A DNA stretch of 63,953 bases from Rubrobacter sp. (GCA_016781845.1 JADDPP010000066.1:1-63953), one strand, 5' to 3'; shown: positions 20,148 to 30,988, numbered from the stretch's first letter. Notes: generated by a model not told the origin, from the sequence alone. Program-made: numbers and translations.

Positions 20148-21449
20148 CTACAGTGGGTCGCGTACCAGGGGCAGAACGTACGAGCGGGGTCCGCCGCGCG
20201 CGCGGGAGAGCTCGGAACCGCGTATGGCGATGACGCACTTCTCGTGCTCGTCCGGGCCTCCAACCTTGCCTGAGAGTACTTCCTCGCCGTCGAGACAGGC
20301 GTACCCTCGGGACTCCAGTTCCTCGATAGTGCGCCCGGCGCTGCGGAACGTTATCACCTTTCCGGGGGCTACGGCGAGCGCGGACGCCCCACCCCACCAC
20401 TGCTCGCGGCGCTGCTCAAGTGGACTCGTCCCCCCGCAGCTCACCGGCTTTAGATGTACGCCGAGCGCTTCTCCCAGTGGGCCTAGCAACCCGGACGGGC
20501 GGATGAACTTCGGCGCGCCACCGGGCCGTAGCGTGAGCTGCAGGACATTGATGCTTTCCGGTCCGTTTCCAAGCACCGATGGTGGGAACACCAGGCACTC
20601 GTCGCGGCTGAGCATTGTGAACACGGTGTCGAGGTGCTCGACGGGCGAGGGCAGGCTGACGAGGAACACGTGAGTCTCCTGTGGCGCGTGTTCCTGTGTC
20701 CACTGCACGAGCTTCTCCACCGCCGCTGGACCCGTCCGTGGGCCCTGGCCCACGATGAGCACGTTCTCCCCCGCCTGCACGACGTTACCCCCGTCGAGCG
20801 AGTACAGCGGCCTCCCAGGCGCGTCTGGGTCGTCTACCATCCAGTTGAACCACCGCACCTTGCCCCGCAGGCGCGAGTGCTGCAACACGGCACGCCAGAG
20901 TAGGTTCTCCCGCCTGCGGACACGCTCAGAGCTCCATGCAACGAACATATCGTCGCCTGTGGTCGCGGCAAGGTCGCGCACAAGCATCAGGTTCGGCGCG
21001 GGCGGCAGATGATACAGCTCGGCACTCAGGAAGTCGCTGACCGAAGCCTCGGGGCGGACGACGTCTCCGTGTATGAGGCGGTCCGCGAGTGGCGCGACGC
21101 CTTCCTCGCCGAGTCTGCCCAACAGCCCCATGAGCCTCTCCTGCTGCCGAGCATCCAGCTCCTCAATCTGCGCGACCGTCTCGATTAGCAGCAGACGGTC
21201 CATCGAGTTGGCGCGCGCCAGGGCCTCCTCAAGCAGCTCCCGGAAGAACAGCACCTCCACCCCGAAGACATCGCGCAGCAGGGCTACGAGCGTGTCGTGC
21301 TCCCGGCGGGCGAGGCGGCCGTACAGGAGGTCGTCGAACCCGAACGTGTTCCGGTTCCTGGGTGAGACGTTGCTCAGCTCTGCGCCGGGGGTGTGTACGA
21401 CCGCCTTCCTGAGAATACCCGTCTCCGACCTGGCACGCGGCTGTTGCAC
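20148..21449 (-). CDS. Arginine deiminase-family protein with Ser at the expected nucleophile position
   Basis: SETGILRKAVVHTPG, FDDLLY and EHLDTVF are colinear with ADI. The C-terminal GGPRSYVLPLVRDPL aligns to the ADI motif [15 protein letters not shown]. The GTG start lies 3 nt after the argS stop. Confidence 0.8.
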   Translation of the reverse strand: MQQPRARSETGILRKAVVHTPGAELSNVSPRNRNTFGFDDLLYGRLARREHDTLVALLRDVFGVEVLFFRELLEEALARANSMDRLLLIETVAQIEELDARQQERLMGLLGRLGEEGVAPLADRLIHGDVVRPEASVSDFLSAELYHLPPAPNLMLVRDLAATTGDDMFVAWSSERVRRRENLLWRAVLQHSRLRGKVRWFNWMVDDPDAPGRPLYSLDGGNVVQAGENVLIVGQGPRTGPAAVEKLVQWTQEHAPQETHVFLVSLPSPVEHLDTVFTMLSRDECLVFPPSVLGNGPESINVLQLTLRPGGAPKFIRPSGLLGPLGEALGVHLKPVSCGGTSPLEQRREQWWGGASALAVAPGKVITFRSAGRTIEELESRGYACLDGEEVLSGKVGGPDEHEKCVIAIRGSELSRARGGPRSYVLPLVRDPL

Positions 21450-21452
21450 TGG

Positions 21453-23255
21453 CTACATTACGTCCGGGGCTACGATGCCCAGGAGGCCGAGCGCATTCGC
21501 GAGCGTGGTCTTCATAGCGTACACAAGCGCGAGCCGGAAGTTCCGCAGGTCCTCATCGTCGGCGCGCAGCACGGGCGAGTCGCGGTAGAAGTCCGCGAAG
21601 GCGCGGGCCAGGTCGTACGCATACGTGACGACGTAGAGCGGCTTGTACTCGCGAGCTGCACGGCCCACGGCATCTCCGAAGTTGCCTATCGCCTCGAGCA
21701 GGTCCGTTTCAACGCTCGCCAGGTCGGACGGCACTCGCAGGTTCTCCCAGTCTATCTCTGGCGCCTTGCGCAGGATGCTGCAAGCGCGGGCGTGAGCGTA
21801 CTGCACGTACGGCGCGCTGAAACCGTCGAAGTCCAGCGCCTCCTCACGGTTGAAGACGAGCACCTTCGTGTTGTCGCGGTCGAGCATTCCGAACTTCATC
21901 GCGCCGAAGCCGACGGCGCGCGCCACCTGCGCTTGTTGCGCAGGAGGCATCTCGGGATTCTTCTCACGCACGGTGGCAAGCGCGCGCTCCGTCATGTCGG
22001 CGCTGAACTCGTCGTAGATCACGACGTTGCCCTGGCGGGAAGACATGGGGCCGGTAGTGAGTACCACCGTCTCGTACGGCACGTGCCCGCTCTTCCTGGC
22101 CTGCTCGTAGCCCAGTAGCTCCAGCGTCTTGAATACCTGCTGGAAGTACAGCGTCTGGCGTACATCAACGACGTTCAGAGACCGCTCGATGGGGTAGTTA
22201 TCGAACTTGGCCCGTGTGAGGGCAAGCTCCTTCGTCTGGTAGAGCGGCGTGCCGTTGCTGCGCTGTAAAACGACTGTGCGGTACGTCTCCCTGTCTAGTC
22301 CGAGCTTGGCGTCAAGCCGCAGTATCGGCGCGCCCTCGTCTACCTCAGCGATCCCCTTATCCAGCAGCTCGCGCACGATCTCCTTGCCGGAATCCCCGAA
22401 CTGGCTCTCGTAGAACCATACATCGAACTCGACACCGAGAGTAGCGAAGAGGTTGTGAAGGTACTGAAGGCTGACCTCACGGGTGCGAGTCCACAGATCC
22501 ATCACCTCGGGGTCGCGCTGATCCCACCGCAGCTGGAGCTCCCTGTACTCGCGCTCATACTCTGGGTTCTCGGTTATGGCCTTGTTCGCCTCGACGTAGA
22601 TGTGCTCCCACCAGCCGCCGTCGTCCGCGCGCGGAGTCTCGCCCTGGTGCCACTTGCTGTATCCCCACAGCCACTTGAAGACCGCAGCGCCGGTATCACC
22701 GATGTACGTCGCGCGCAGAACGCTATAACCGTCGTGCCCCAGGATATTGCACAGGGCCTGGCCAAGGGCGATGTTGCGCAGGTGGCCGATATGGCCGGGC
22801 TTGTGCGTGTTGAGCTGCCCATACTCGACCATCAACGTCTCGTTCTTCGGCTCCCCCCTGCCGTAGTCCGGGCCCGCGTGGTGTACCGCTCGCAGCAGTC
22901 GGCTTGCGACATCCGCCGTGTCGAAGTACATGTTGACGTAGCCGTTCTGTGCCTGCACATCGGCGAACAGCCCACGACTTCGGAGGCTCGTCGCGACCTG
23001 CTCGGCGAGCCTCTGAGACCGTTCCTGCGCTCGCCTCTTGAGCAGCTCGCGGGCTTCCTTCTTGGAGAGTCCTTCGGGCACGGGCTCCTCCGCGCCATTC
23101 TTTCCCAGTTGCAGGCACACGGAGCTGGCCAGCCCCCACTGCCCGCTGAAGGGGATGCGGCGCAGGTCCAGGCGTTGCGGCGGTTCCGTACCAAGCTCCC
23201 TGAGTGACTCCACAAGCGCTGCACGCGCTTGCTGCTCGTCCTGATTGAGTACCAA
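21453..23255 (-). CDS. argS: Arginine--tRNA ligase
   Basis: 600 aa with a TTG start. It has the class I HIGH motif (PGHIGHLRN), an Add-1 N-domain and a DALR anticodon-binding C-terminus. Confidence 0.92.
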   Translation of the reverse strand: MVLNQDEQQARAALVESLRELGTEPPQRLDLRRIPFSGQWGLASSVCLQLGKNGAEEPVPEGLSKKEARELLKRRAQERSQRLAEQVATSLRSRGLFADVQAQNGYVNMYFDTADVASRLLRAVHHAGPDYGRGEPKNETLMVEYGQLNTHKPGHIGHLRNIALGQALCNILGHDGYSVLRATYIGDTGAAVFKWLWGYSKWHQGETPRADDGGWWEHIYVEANKAITENPEYEREYRELQLRWDQRDPEVMDLWTRTREVSLQYLHNLFATLGVEFDVWFYESQFGDSGKEIVRELLDKGIAEVDEGAPILRLDAKLGLDRETYRTVVLQRSNGTPLYQTKELALTRAKFDNYPIERSLNVVDVRQTLYFQQVFKTLELLGYEQARKSGHVPYETVVLTTGPMSSRQGNVVIYDEFSADMTERALATVREKNPEMPPAQQAQVARAVGFGAMKFGMLDRDNTKVLVFNREEALDFDGFSAPYVQYAHARACSILRKAPEIDWENLRVPSDLASVETDLLEAIGNFGDAVGRAAREYKPLYVVTYAYDLARAFADFYRDSPVLRADDEDLRNFRLALVYAMKTTLANALGLLGIVAPDVM

Positions 23256-23429
23256 CTACAAGCTCCAGCTAACTCAACATCTATGCATGCCCAGGCTGCG
23301 GTTCCAGCCGGGGGAAAGACACAACCGATTATAGGGCAACCACTCCGGCGCGCGGTAGCGGTCGCCTGGCGCGGAATCGTTTCGTCCTTTGACAATGGCT
23401 CCGCGGGGGCGCTATATTCGCGCTTGGTG

Positions 23430-24332
23430 ATGCAAAGAGAACACGAAGAAGCAGATGAGACTAGCACAGCTCAATTGCTCGAAAGTCGCGGCCTTGCGAG
23501 AGCCATGCGAGCGCAGCTAAAGACAAAGATTCGCTTGTTCGCACAGGAGCGGGGCTACGTGCCCGCGCTGCGGGTGCTCCTTGTAGGCGAGGAAGAAGAC
23601 TCGGTCTTATACGCCCAGAACATAGTGCGGTGGTTCTCCAACCTCGGGCTGCGGTCCTCTCTGGTTACCCTGCCGCACGACGCCAGGATTCAGCAGGTGA
23701 TGGCCGAGGTCTCTTTGGCGTCCACCGACCCCGACGTGCATGGACTCCTCGTGCAGATGCCGTTGCCCAGCCACCTGGATTATCACGAGGTTTTCTGTGC
23801 TCTCGATGCGCTCAAGGATGTCGAGGGGCTGCACCCTGAGAACATCGGCCTGCTGGCATCAGGTCAGCCACGCCTCGTGCCGTCCACACCGCTTGCAGGC
23901 ATGCGACTGCTGGATGAATACGAGGTACCTCTGGGCGGAGCTGAGGTTGTCATACTGGGCAGGAGCAACGTCGTCGGCAAGCCGCTCGCTCAGCTGATGC
24001 TCCAGCGCGATGCGTCCGTCACGCTCCTTCACAGTCGCTCGCGCGACCTGGTCGCGCACATACGCCGTGCGGATGTGGTGGCGGCTGCCGTGGGAAGGCC
24101 AAAGCTGGTAACCGGGGAGATGCTGAAGCCCGGCGCCGTGGTCCTTGACTTCGGGATAAACTTTGTCGGGGGGGCGCTTGTGGGGGACGTTGCTTTCGAT
24201 GGGGCGATTGCCAGGGCGGCGATGATAACGCCCGTGCCCGGTGGTATAGGGCCGCTCACAAATCTGATGCTGGCGGAGAACCTGTTGCTTGCCGCTACCC
24301 TTCAGGCGGACAGGGCTGACAAACTCTCCTAG
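23430..24332 (+). CDS. folD: Bifunctional methylenetetrahydrofolate dehydrogenase/methenyl-THF cyclohydrolase
   Basis: ORF 23229..24332 trimmed to the ATG at 23430. Motifs seen are VGEEEDSVLYAQN, LVQMPLP, ILGRSNVVGKPLAQLML and PVPGGIGPLT. Confidence 0.9.
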   Translation: MQREHEEADETSTAQLLESRGLARAMRAQLKTKIRLFAQERGYVPALRVLLVGEEEDSVLYAQNIVRWFSNLGLRSSLVTLPHDARIQQVMAEVSLASTDPDVHGLLVQMPLPSHLDYHEVFCALDALKDVEGLHPENIGLLASGQPRLVPSTPLAGMRLLDEYEVPLGGAEVVILGRSNVVGKPLAQLMLQRDASVTLLHSRSRDLVAHIRRADVVAAAVGRPKLVTGEMLKPGAVVLDFGINFVGGALVGDVAFDGAIARAAMITPVPGGIGPLTNLMLAENLLLAATLQADRADKLS

Positions 24333-24366
24333 CTCGCTCAGCTATCGAACGGCTGCCGCAGTCCCT

Positions 24367-24966
24367 TTAGCGCTCGTATAGACGGTGCATCTCAATGTAC
24401 TCTCGAACCGGTTCCGGTACGAGGTAACGTATCGGCAATCCCTCCCGTACCCGTTCGCGCAGGCTGGAGCTGCTTATCGGCAGGCTTGGCACGGGAACTA
24501 AGGTGTAGCGGCCCTGTACGCCCGGTAACTCTCGCTCCGTCCGCTCTACGTTGAGTCTTGCCCCCGACCTAATCAGGACGCCGAGATGGGCGAGTTCTGG
24601 CAGCCTCTCTGCCTGGTACCAGGTGGAGAGCACCGAGAACTCATCGGAACCCATCAGGAACACAAGGGAGTCGAGGCTTCGCTCCACTCGCAGCTGATCG
24701 AGCGTATCAACGGTGTACGAGGGCCCGGCCCGTCTGAGCTCGACGTCGCTGACCTCGAACGCGCGGTTATCCGCTACAGCCGCTCGCACCATCGCGATAC
24801 GGTGTGCGGCAGGCGTTATGGCCCGATGCCGCTTGTGAGGAGGATCGCCCACTGGGACCCATAACACGCGGTCCAGCCCAAGCCGGTAGCGCGCCTCCTC
24901 CGCTGCGGCGAGATGGCCGTGGTGGGGTGGGTCATAGGTGCCACCTAGTACGCCGAGGAGCGCCAT
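24367..24966 (-). CDS. nadD: Nicotinate-nucleotide adenylyltransferase
   Basis: GGTYDPPHHGHL (H/T-x-G-H) motif, 199 aa. Confidence 0.9.
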   Translation of the reverse strand: MALLGVLGGTYDPPHHGHLAAAEEARYRLGLDRVLWVPVGDPPHKRHRAITPAAHRIAMVRAAVADNRAFEVSDVELRRAGPSYTVDTLDQLRVERSLDSLVFLMGSDEFSVLSTWYQAERLPELAHLGVLIRSGARLNVERTERELPGVQGRYTLVPVPSLPISSSSLRERVREGLPIRYLVPEPVREYIEMHRLYER

Positions 24967-24968
24967 CC

Positions 24969-25772
24969 TTACGCCTCTTCTATCCTGGCGGTTACCGTCG
25001 CGCCCGGCACACGGCTCTCGATCTCCTCCACGAGCTCGGGTACAACCGTGCTCCGCTGTCGCGCGTGAAAGCGAAGCCGTAGAGTGGTCTTGTCTGCCTC
25101 GACACTCTCGACCAGTACCTCCGGCTCCGGCTCCGAAGCCACGTCAGCTCGGCCCTGGAGCATAGCGGCGAACGCCCCCAGGCCGTCCTTGCCCAGCTGG
25201 CGGTCCCCGCAGACGCTGATGGAGTACGCCTGCAGGTCTCCCAGCGAGCGGTTCGTGACGATATCGGTCATCAGGACGGAGTTGGGCACGATGATCTGCG
25301 CCCCGCTGGAGGTCCGCAGCAACGTCGTGCGAAGCTCTATCCCTTGAACCTCACCGGTGAGGTCGCGCAGGGCGATGCGGTCTCCGATGTTGAAAGGCTT
25401 CTCCAGAAGTACGTAGATACCCGCGACGAAGTTTCGCAGCACGTCCTGCAGGGCGAGGCTTATGGCCAGACCGGTGACACCGAGGGCGGTGACAACGGCC
25501 GTAAGGTTCACGCCCACAGCGGGGAGTATTGTGCCGACACCCAGGGCAATAACGCCGACGTACACGAGGTTAGATACCAGCGCCGCCACAGCGGGATCGC
25601 GCAGGGCCAGGGCGCCCGCGCCCGCGACCCGCTGCTTGATGCGCCTGGCGATGGCGAGCAGCGCGAGGATGAGCGTGAGCGCGACCGCCGCTCGGCCAGC
25701 GAAGTTCAGGAAGTCATCAATGCCTATATCCAAGCCAGAGTCCTTGCAGTGAGAGTCGTCGGAGACATGCAA
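24969..25772 (-). CDS. MscS-family mechanosensitive channel
   Basis: 267 aa with three N-terminal TM helices and the conserved LEKPFNIGDRI beta-domain motif. Confidence 0.85.
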   Translation of the reverse strand: MHVSDDSHCKDSGLDIGIDDFLNFAGRAAVALTLILALLAIARRIKQRVAGAGALALRDPAVAALVSNLVYVGVIALGVGTILPAVGVNLTAVVTALGVTGLAISLALQDVLRNFVAGIYVLLEKPFNIGDRIALRDLTGEVQGIELRTTLLRTSSGAQIIVPNSVLMTDIVTNRSLGDLQAYSISVCGDRQLGKDGLGAFAAMLQGRADVASEPEPEVLVESVEADKTTLRLRFHARQRSTVVPELVEEIESRVPGATVTARIEEA

Positions 25773-25873
25773 TCAGAGGCGGCGAAGTATAGCATGGCGA
25801 CGGCTTGCGGCACGACCATCGAGCAAAGGGCCGGACGCGCGTGCGTCCGGCCCCAGGTCATGTGTCAAAGCTA

Positions 25874-28339
25874 CTACGAGAGCAGGGCGGTCTTGCCGTT
25901 CTTGCTTGGCGTCTCGGTGTCTCGCTCTATGGTTGCCATGCTGGAAACGGTGTCCTTGCCTTTGAGGCTCATCATTGACACGCCCTGCGCGGCCCTGCCC
26001 TGCTTGCTGATGCTATTGGCGTTCAGGCGCACCACAAGACCCCCGGAGGACGCGACGAGGACATCGCAGCCTTCTGGGACTATCCGGGCTGCGGCCAGCC
26101 TGCCTGTCTTTTCGCCGAGCTTGAACGCGCGCACGCCACCGCCAGCTCGCCCCTGCACGGGGAACTCGGCGAGGGGCGTCCTCTTGCCGAAGCCCCGCTC
26201 GGTGATCATCAGCACGGACGCGCCGTCAGCGCCGAGCTCCATAGCGACGACGTGGTCGCCGTCGGCCAGCTTGACCGCGTTCACTCCCGCCGCCGGGCGA
26301 CCCATCGCCCTCACCTCCGTGGCGCGGAACCTGATACCCTGACCCGCTGCCGTCATCACCAGGATGTCGTCCGCATCCGAGGAGATGCGGACATCTGTCA
26401 TCTCATCGCCGGGTTCCAGCGTCATGGCGATCAGGCCGTTCGCGCGAACTGCCGCGAACTCGGAGAGCGCCGTGCGCTTGATCTTGCCGCCGCGCGTGAT
26501 AGAGGTGAGGTACCGGTTAGCATCGAACTTCTTGACCGCGAGCACCTGCGTCACGCGCTCCTTTGGCTCGATGCTTATGAGGTTTATAAGCGGAAGACCC
26601 TTCGCCGTACGGCCAGCGTCTGGTATCTCGTGTGCCTTGAGATGGAACACCTTACCACGGTTTGTGAAGAAGAGCAGGCTGTCGTGTGTGTTGCAGACGA
26701 GCATATGGTCAACGACGTCTGTGTCGCGAGTGCTCATACCAGTCACACCCCTGCCCCCGCGTCGCTGTGTACGGTACGTGTCGTGCGGCAATCGCTTGAT
26801 ATAGCCCCGGTCCGTGACGCTGACCGCAACCTCCATGTTGGGGATCAGGTCCTCATCGCTGATATCGCCCGTGGCATCATCCATGATGAGCGTGCGTCGC
26901 TCGTCACCGTACTTCTCCTTGAGGTCCTTCAGGTCGTCCTTGATTATGCGCAGGATCTTCGCGGGACTCGCCAGTATCCCCTCCAAGCGGGCAATCGTCT
27001 TGCGGACTTCCTCGAGCTCGTCCTCGATCCTGCGCCGCTCGAGCGCAGCCAGGCGGCGCAGCTGCAAATCGAGGATCGCCTGAGCCTGAATCTCGGTAAG
27101 CGAGAACGAGCGGCGCAGCTCCGTCTTGGCAGCGTCTGCGCTCTTCGCGTTGCGGATGGTGTTGATCACCGCGTCGAGGTTGTCGAGCGCGATCTTGAGT
27201 CCTTCCAGCACGTGCGCGCGCGCCTGCGCCTTGCGAAGCTCAAACTCCGTCCGCCTTCGTATCACGCTCTGACGATAGTCAATGTAGTGCTTCATCATTT
27301 GCTTGAGCGTGAGCATCCGGGGCACGGTGCCGTCCACGAGGGCGAGGGAGTTGACGCCGAAGGTGGTCTGCAGCGCGGTGTACTTGTAGAGCGCGTTCAG
27401 CGTCTTCTGGGGTTGCGCGTCGCGCTTGAGCTCGATGACGATGCGCATGCCTGTTCGGTCGGACTCGTCGCGCAGGTCGGAGATCCCGGCCAGCCGCTCC
27501 TCCTTGACGAGGTCCGCGATCTTCTCGATGAGGGCCGCCTTATTCACCTGGTACGGCAGCTCCGTGACGATGATCGCGTAGCGATTGCCGCGTATCTCCT
27601 CGATGTGCGACTTGGCTCGTACCACGACCTTGCCCTTGCCGGTGCCGTAGGCTGCGTTGATGCCCTCGCGACCGAGGATCACTCCACCTGTTGGAAAGTC
27701 GGGGCCGGGAACGATCTTGATCAGCTCGTCCGCAGTGGCCTCCGGGTTGTCAATCAGGTAGGCGATAGCGTCGCAGATCTCGTTCAGGTTGTGCGGCGGC
27801 AGGTTCGTGGCCATACCGACGGCGATTCCGGCAGAGCCGTTGATGAGCAGGTTGGGCAGCTTGCCCGGAAGAACGCTAGGCTCGCGGGCGGAGCCGTCGT
27901 AGTTATCTACGTAATCAACGGTTTCCTTGTCTATGTCCGCCAGCAGCTCCTCGGCTATCCTGGTCAGCTTCGCCTCCGTGTAGCGCATTGCCGCGGCGCT
28001 GTCGCCATCCACAGAGCCGAAGTTGCCCTGACCATCTACCAGCGGATAGCGCAGGCTGAAGTCCTGTGCCATGCGCACCAGCGCGTCGTACACGGAGCTC
28101 TCACCGTGTGGGTGGTACAGCTTGAGCACCTCACCAACGATACCGGCGCTCTTGCGGTACCGCGTGGCGGCGCCGAGACCGAGCTCGTGCATCGCGAACA
28201 GAGTCTTGCGGTGAACCGGCTTCAGGCCGTCGCGGATGTCGGGTAGCGCCCGTGCCACGATGACGCTCATAGAGTAATCGAGGTACGATGAGCGCATCTC
28301 CTCGTTAATGTCTCGTGGTCGGACTATCCCTATTTCCAT
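25874..28339 (-). CDS. gyrA: DNA gyrase subunit A
   Basis: ORF 25874..28378 trimmed to the ATG at 28339, 6 nt after AAGGAG. Motifs seen are [33 protein letters not shown] and the active-site region AAMRYTE. No gyrB is adjacent. Confidence 0.95.
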   Translation of the reverse strand: MEIGIVRPRDINEEMRSSYLDYSMSVIVARALPDIRDGLKPVHRKTLFAMHELGLGAATRYRKSAGIVGEVLKLYHPHGESSVYDALVRMAQDFSLRYPLVDGQGNFGSVDGDSAAAMRYTEAKLTRIAEELLADIDKETVDYVDNYDGSAREPSVLPGKLPNLLINGSAGIAVGMATNLPPHNLNEICDAIAYLIDNPEATADELIKIVPGPDFPTGGVILGREGINAAYGTGKGKVVVRAKSHIEEIRGNRYAIIVTELPYQVNKAALIEKIADLVKEERLAGISDLRDESDRTGMRIVIELKRDAQPQKTLNALYKYTALQTTFGVNSLALVDGTVPRMLTLKQMMKHYIDYRQSVIRRRTEFELRKAQARAHVLEGLKIALDNLDAVINTIRNAKSADAAKTELRRSFSLTEIQAQAILDLQLRRLAALERRRIEDELEEVRKTIARLEGILASPAKILRIIKDDLKDLKEKYGDERRTLIMDDATGDISDEDLIPNMEVAVSVTDRGYIKRLPHDTYRTQRRGGRGVTGMSTRDTDVVDHMLVCNTHDSLLFFTNRGKVFHLKAHEIPDAGRTAKGLPLINLISIEPKERVTQVLAVKKFDANRYLTSITRGGKIKRTALSEFAAVRANGLIAMTLEPGDEMTDVRISSDADDILVMTAAGQGIRFRATEVRAMGRPAAGVNAVKLADGDHVVAMELGADGASVLMITERGFGKRTPLAEFPVQGRAGGGVRAFKLGEKTGRLAAARIVPEGCDVLVASSGGLVVRLNANSISKQGRAAQGVSMMSLKGKDTVSSMATIERDTETPSKNGKTALLS

Positions 28340-28503
28340 CAACAACTCCTTGCGGTAACGGCTCGCAACTCCAGGCAATTATTAGAGTTTCTTTGATAAA
28401 TTATACCGTTTTCGGGGTTCGGGACGCTAATGGCGACGCACGGAAAGCAAACGAAGGTATATAATTCCGACGGTCGAGTGTAAGCGCGACGAAAGGAAAC
28501 GGC

Positions 28504-29793
28504 ATGCCTGCTACTGTGATACTTGGGGGGCACTGGGGCGACGAGGGTAAGGGCAAAGTCATTGACTTGCTGGCCGCCAACTGCTCGTACAATGTGCGCT
28601 ACAGCGGCGGTGCGAACGCGGGGCACACCGTGGTGAACGAGCACGGGAGCTTCGCTCTTCATCAGGTGCCGAGTGGCGTGTTTCATCCCGGTGTTGTACC
28701 CATGCTTGCTGCAGGCGTCGTCGTTGATCCGCAGGCGCTTCTTGAGGAGATCGCCACCCTGCGGGCTCAGGGAGTATCGCTCGACCGGCTGCACGTGAGC
28801 GAGCGGGCACACCTTGTGATGCCGTATCACAAGGCGCTCGACACGGCGATGGAAGCGAGGAGAGGCGAGCGCCGTCTGGGTACGACTGGCAAGGGTATAG
28901 GCCCGGCGTATTCGGATAAGGCGGCGCGCGATGGTCTGCGCGTGGGCGATATGCTGGACCGCAAGCGATTCGCGGAGTTGGTGAGGCAGAGTGTCGAGGC
29001 CGCCAACAGGCAGCTCGTAGCTCTCTACGGCGCCGAGCCGGTAGATGCTGAGCACGTCCTCGATCAGAGCGAGGAGTGGGCCAGGCAGCTCGGTCCATAC
29101 ATCTGCGACGTGGAGCGGGAGCTGCGGTACGGGCTGTCTCGCGGGCAGATGGTGCTGCTGGAAGGCGCGCAGGGAGCGCTGCTGGATATAGACGCGGGAA
29201 GCTATCCTTACGTCACCAGCTCTTCCACCGGTGTTGCCGGGGCATGCGCCTCCGCGGGCATACCAGTGCAGTCGGTAGGCCCGGTTGTGGCGGCGCTACA
29301 CGCGTACATGACGCGAGTCGGCGAGGGTCCGTTCCCGACGGAGCAGGAGAATGGCATCGGGGAACATCTGCGCGTGGTAGGCAAGGAGTTCGGCACCACC
29401 ACCGGGCGAGCCCGGCGCTGTGGCTGGTTCGATGCTGCCGCGAGCCGGTACATCGTGGACCTCAATGGCGTTACTTCGCTCGCGATAACGAAGCTGGACA
29501 TCCTGGATGGACTGGACCCGCTCAAGCTGTGCGTCGGGTACGAGATAGACGGCAAGATTATAGACTATGTGCCTGCCCGTCCCGAGCTGCTGTTCCGGGC
29601 CGAACCCGTGTATGAGGAGCTGCCCGGCTGGCAGGGGCGCACCACACCGGCGAGGACGTGGGAGGAGCTGCCGGACGGGGCACGGGCATACGTCCGTCGC
29701 ATCGAGGAGTTGATGGGGGTGCCGGTATCTATCATCTCCGTAGGCCCGGCCCGCGACGAGACCATCATTCTCCGCGATCCGCTTTCGATGTAA
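28504..29793 (+). CDS. purA: Adenylosuccinate synthase
   Basis: P-loop GGHWGDEGKGKVIDLLA, plus TTGKGIGPAY and GTTTGR motifs. Confidence 0.95.
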   Translation: MPATVILGGHWGDEGKGKVIDLLAANCSYNVRYSGGANAGHTVVNEHGSFALHQVPSGVFHPGVVPMLAAGVVVDPQALLEEIATLRAQGVSLDRLHVSERAHLVMPYHKALDTAMEARRGERRLGTTGKGIGPAYSDKAARDGLRVGDMLDRKRFAELVRQSVEAANRQLVALYGAEPVDAEHVLDQSEEWARQLGPYICDVERELRYGLSRGQMVLLEGAQGALLDIDAGSYPYVTSSSTGVAGACASAGIPVQSVGPVVAALHAYMTRVGEGPFPTEQENGIGEHLRVVGKEFGTTTGRARRCGWFDAAASRYIVDLNGVTSLAITKLDILDGLDPLKLCVGYEIDGKIIDYVPARPELLFRAEPVYEELPGWQGRTTPARTWEELPDGARAYVRRIEELMGVPVSIISVGPARDETIILRDPLSM

Positions 29794-29842
29794 CAGGGGG
29801 CTTCCTCTCACCCTGGGCGAGGACTTTCGTACCGCGAGGAGC

Positions 29843-30988
29843 TCAGGCGTCGAACTCGTGCCGTGGGTCCCGGAACATCAGGTGCTCTACGGCGTCGGCA
29901 ACGCTCTTGCCTTCGAAGAGCACCTGGTACGTCTGCTCGGTTATCGGCATCTCGACGCCGTGGCGTGTGGCTAGCTCGCGGGCGACTCGGGTGGTCTCGA
30001 TGCCCTCCGCCACCTGGGGCGCCAGGCTGGCCCGCACCTCCTGAAGGGTGCGACCGCGCGCCAACTCCTCCCCGACGCGGCGATTGCGGCTGTTGGGGCT
30101 GCTGACAGTGGCGAGCAGGTCGCCGAGGCCCGTCAGCCCCGCGAACGTGAGTGGATGCGCGCCCGCGGCGACTCCCAGCCGCGCTATCTCCGCAAGGCCA
30201 CGTGTCACGAACGCTGCCTTGCCGTTCTCACCTGCTTCAAGCCCGTCAACCGCTCCTGCGCCTATGGCGATTACGTTCTTCAGTGCGCCACCGAGCTCCA
30301 CGCCTGTGACGTCCGAGTTCGCGTACACCCGAAACTGCGGGGTGTTGAGTGCCGGGAGAGCAATGGTGAGGGCGTCTGCGTTTTCGCTTGCAACCACGGC
30401 TGTGGCACGCTTGCCGGCGGCAATCTCCCGCGCCAGGTTGGGCCCGGACAGCGCGCCTACAGAGACACCAGCTGAGGACAGCTCCTGCTCGAGAACCTGT
30501 GTCATCCGGAGCAGCGAGCCGTGCTCCAGGCCCTTCGCGCCGCTAAGGACTACGTGCTTCGTGGACAGGTGACGCGCGAGCAGGCGGGCGTTGTCGCGGA
30601 TTCTGCTGCTAGGCACAAGAAGAATGACGATGCTTGCCTGAGCACACGCGGCTTCTGCGTCGTAACCCAGCCGCAGGTCCTGTGGGAACGGCACCCCGTC
30701 CAGGAACCGTCTGTTGGCGCGGTCCTGCTGCAGCCGCAGGAACTCCTCCTCGTCGCGGCACAGGAGCGAGACAGGCTTGTATCGCGCAAGCATGACCGCG
30801 AGCGCAGTGCCCCAGGAACCAGTGCCTACTACCAGTATCTCGTCTGTGCCTGCCGGCAACACTTCCTCCCCAGATGCGGCTGCGACAGCACGGATTATAA
30901 CGCAAGTCGGTGGCGCGTCCGCGAGCCGCGCTAAATCGAGAACCTTGGGGTGGGGGGGCTTATGCACCGCAGAGCCCGCGGAGGACAC
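29843..30988 (-). CDS. gpsA: NAD(P)H-dependent glycerol-3-phosphate dehydrogenase
   Basis: Dinucleotide fold ILVVGTGSWGTALAVMLA and the conserved LKNVIAIGAG. The ORF-track start at 30988 gives an unusually long N-extension. GTG 30862 or TTG 30859 next to GGGGAGGAA are alternative starts. Confidence 0.85.
   Translation of the reverse strand: MSSAGSAVHKPPHPKVLDLARLADAPPTCVIIRAVAAASGEEVLPAGTDEILVVGTGSWGTALAVMLARYKPVSLLCRDEEEFLRLQQDRANRRFLDGVPFPQDLRLGYDAEAACAQASIVILLVPSSRIRDNARLLARHLSTKHVVLSGAKGLEHGSLLRMTQVLEQELSSAGVSVGALSGPNLAREIAAGKRATAVVASENADALTIALPALNTPQFRVYANSDVTGVELGGALKNVIAIGAGAVDGLEAGENGKAAFVTRGLAEIARLGVAAGAHPLTFAGLTGLGDLLATVSSPNSRNRRVGEELARGRTLQEVRASLAPQVAEGIETTRVARELATRHGVEMPITEQTYQVLFEGKSVADAVEHLMFRDPRHEFDA

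Noticed and set aside
23256-23429. Possible ZTP (pfl) riboswitch before folD, or T-box leader before argS, in the divergent 174-nt region
   Set aside because: I looked for the conserved ZTP elements (ACUGGCG ... CCGCCUGGGC) and only found loose resemblances (GGTCGCCTGGCGCGG). For a T-box, the leader from the minus-strand TATAAT (23333-23328) to the TTG start is only about 75 nt, and AGGGUGGUACCGCG is absent. A covariance-model scan would settle it.
26252-28246. 664-aa ORF on the plus strand
   Set aside because: It is entirely antisense to gyrA, its composition is Arg/Val/Leu/His-rich, and it has no motifs. It is a typical high-GC shadow ORF. The same reasoning applies to 134..1078(+), 13345..14340(+), 36067..37062(-), 40314..41477(-), 22455..23207(+), 28339..29055(-), 61203..62043(-) and the many shorter listed ORFs overlapping the genes I call.
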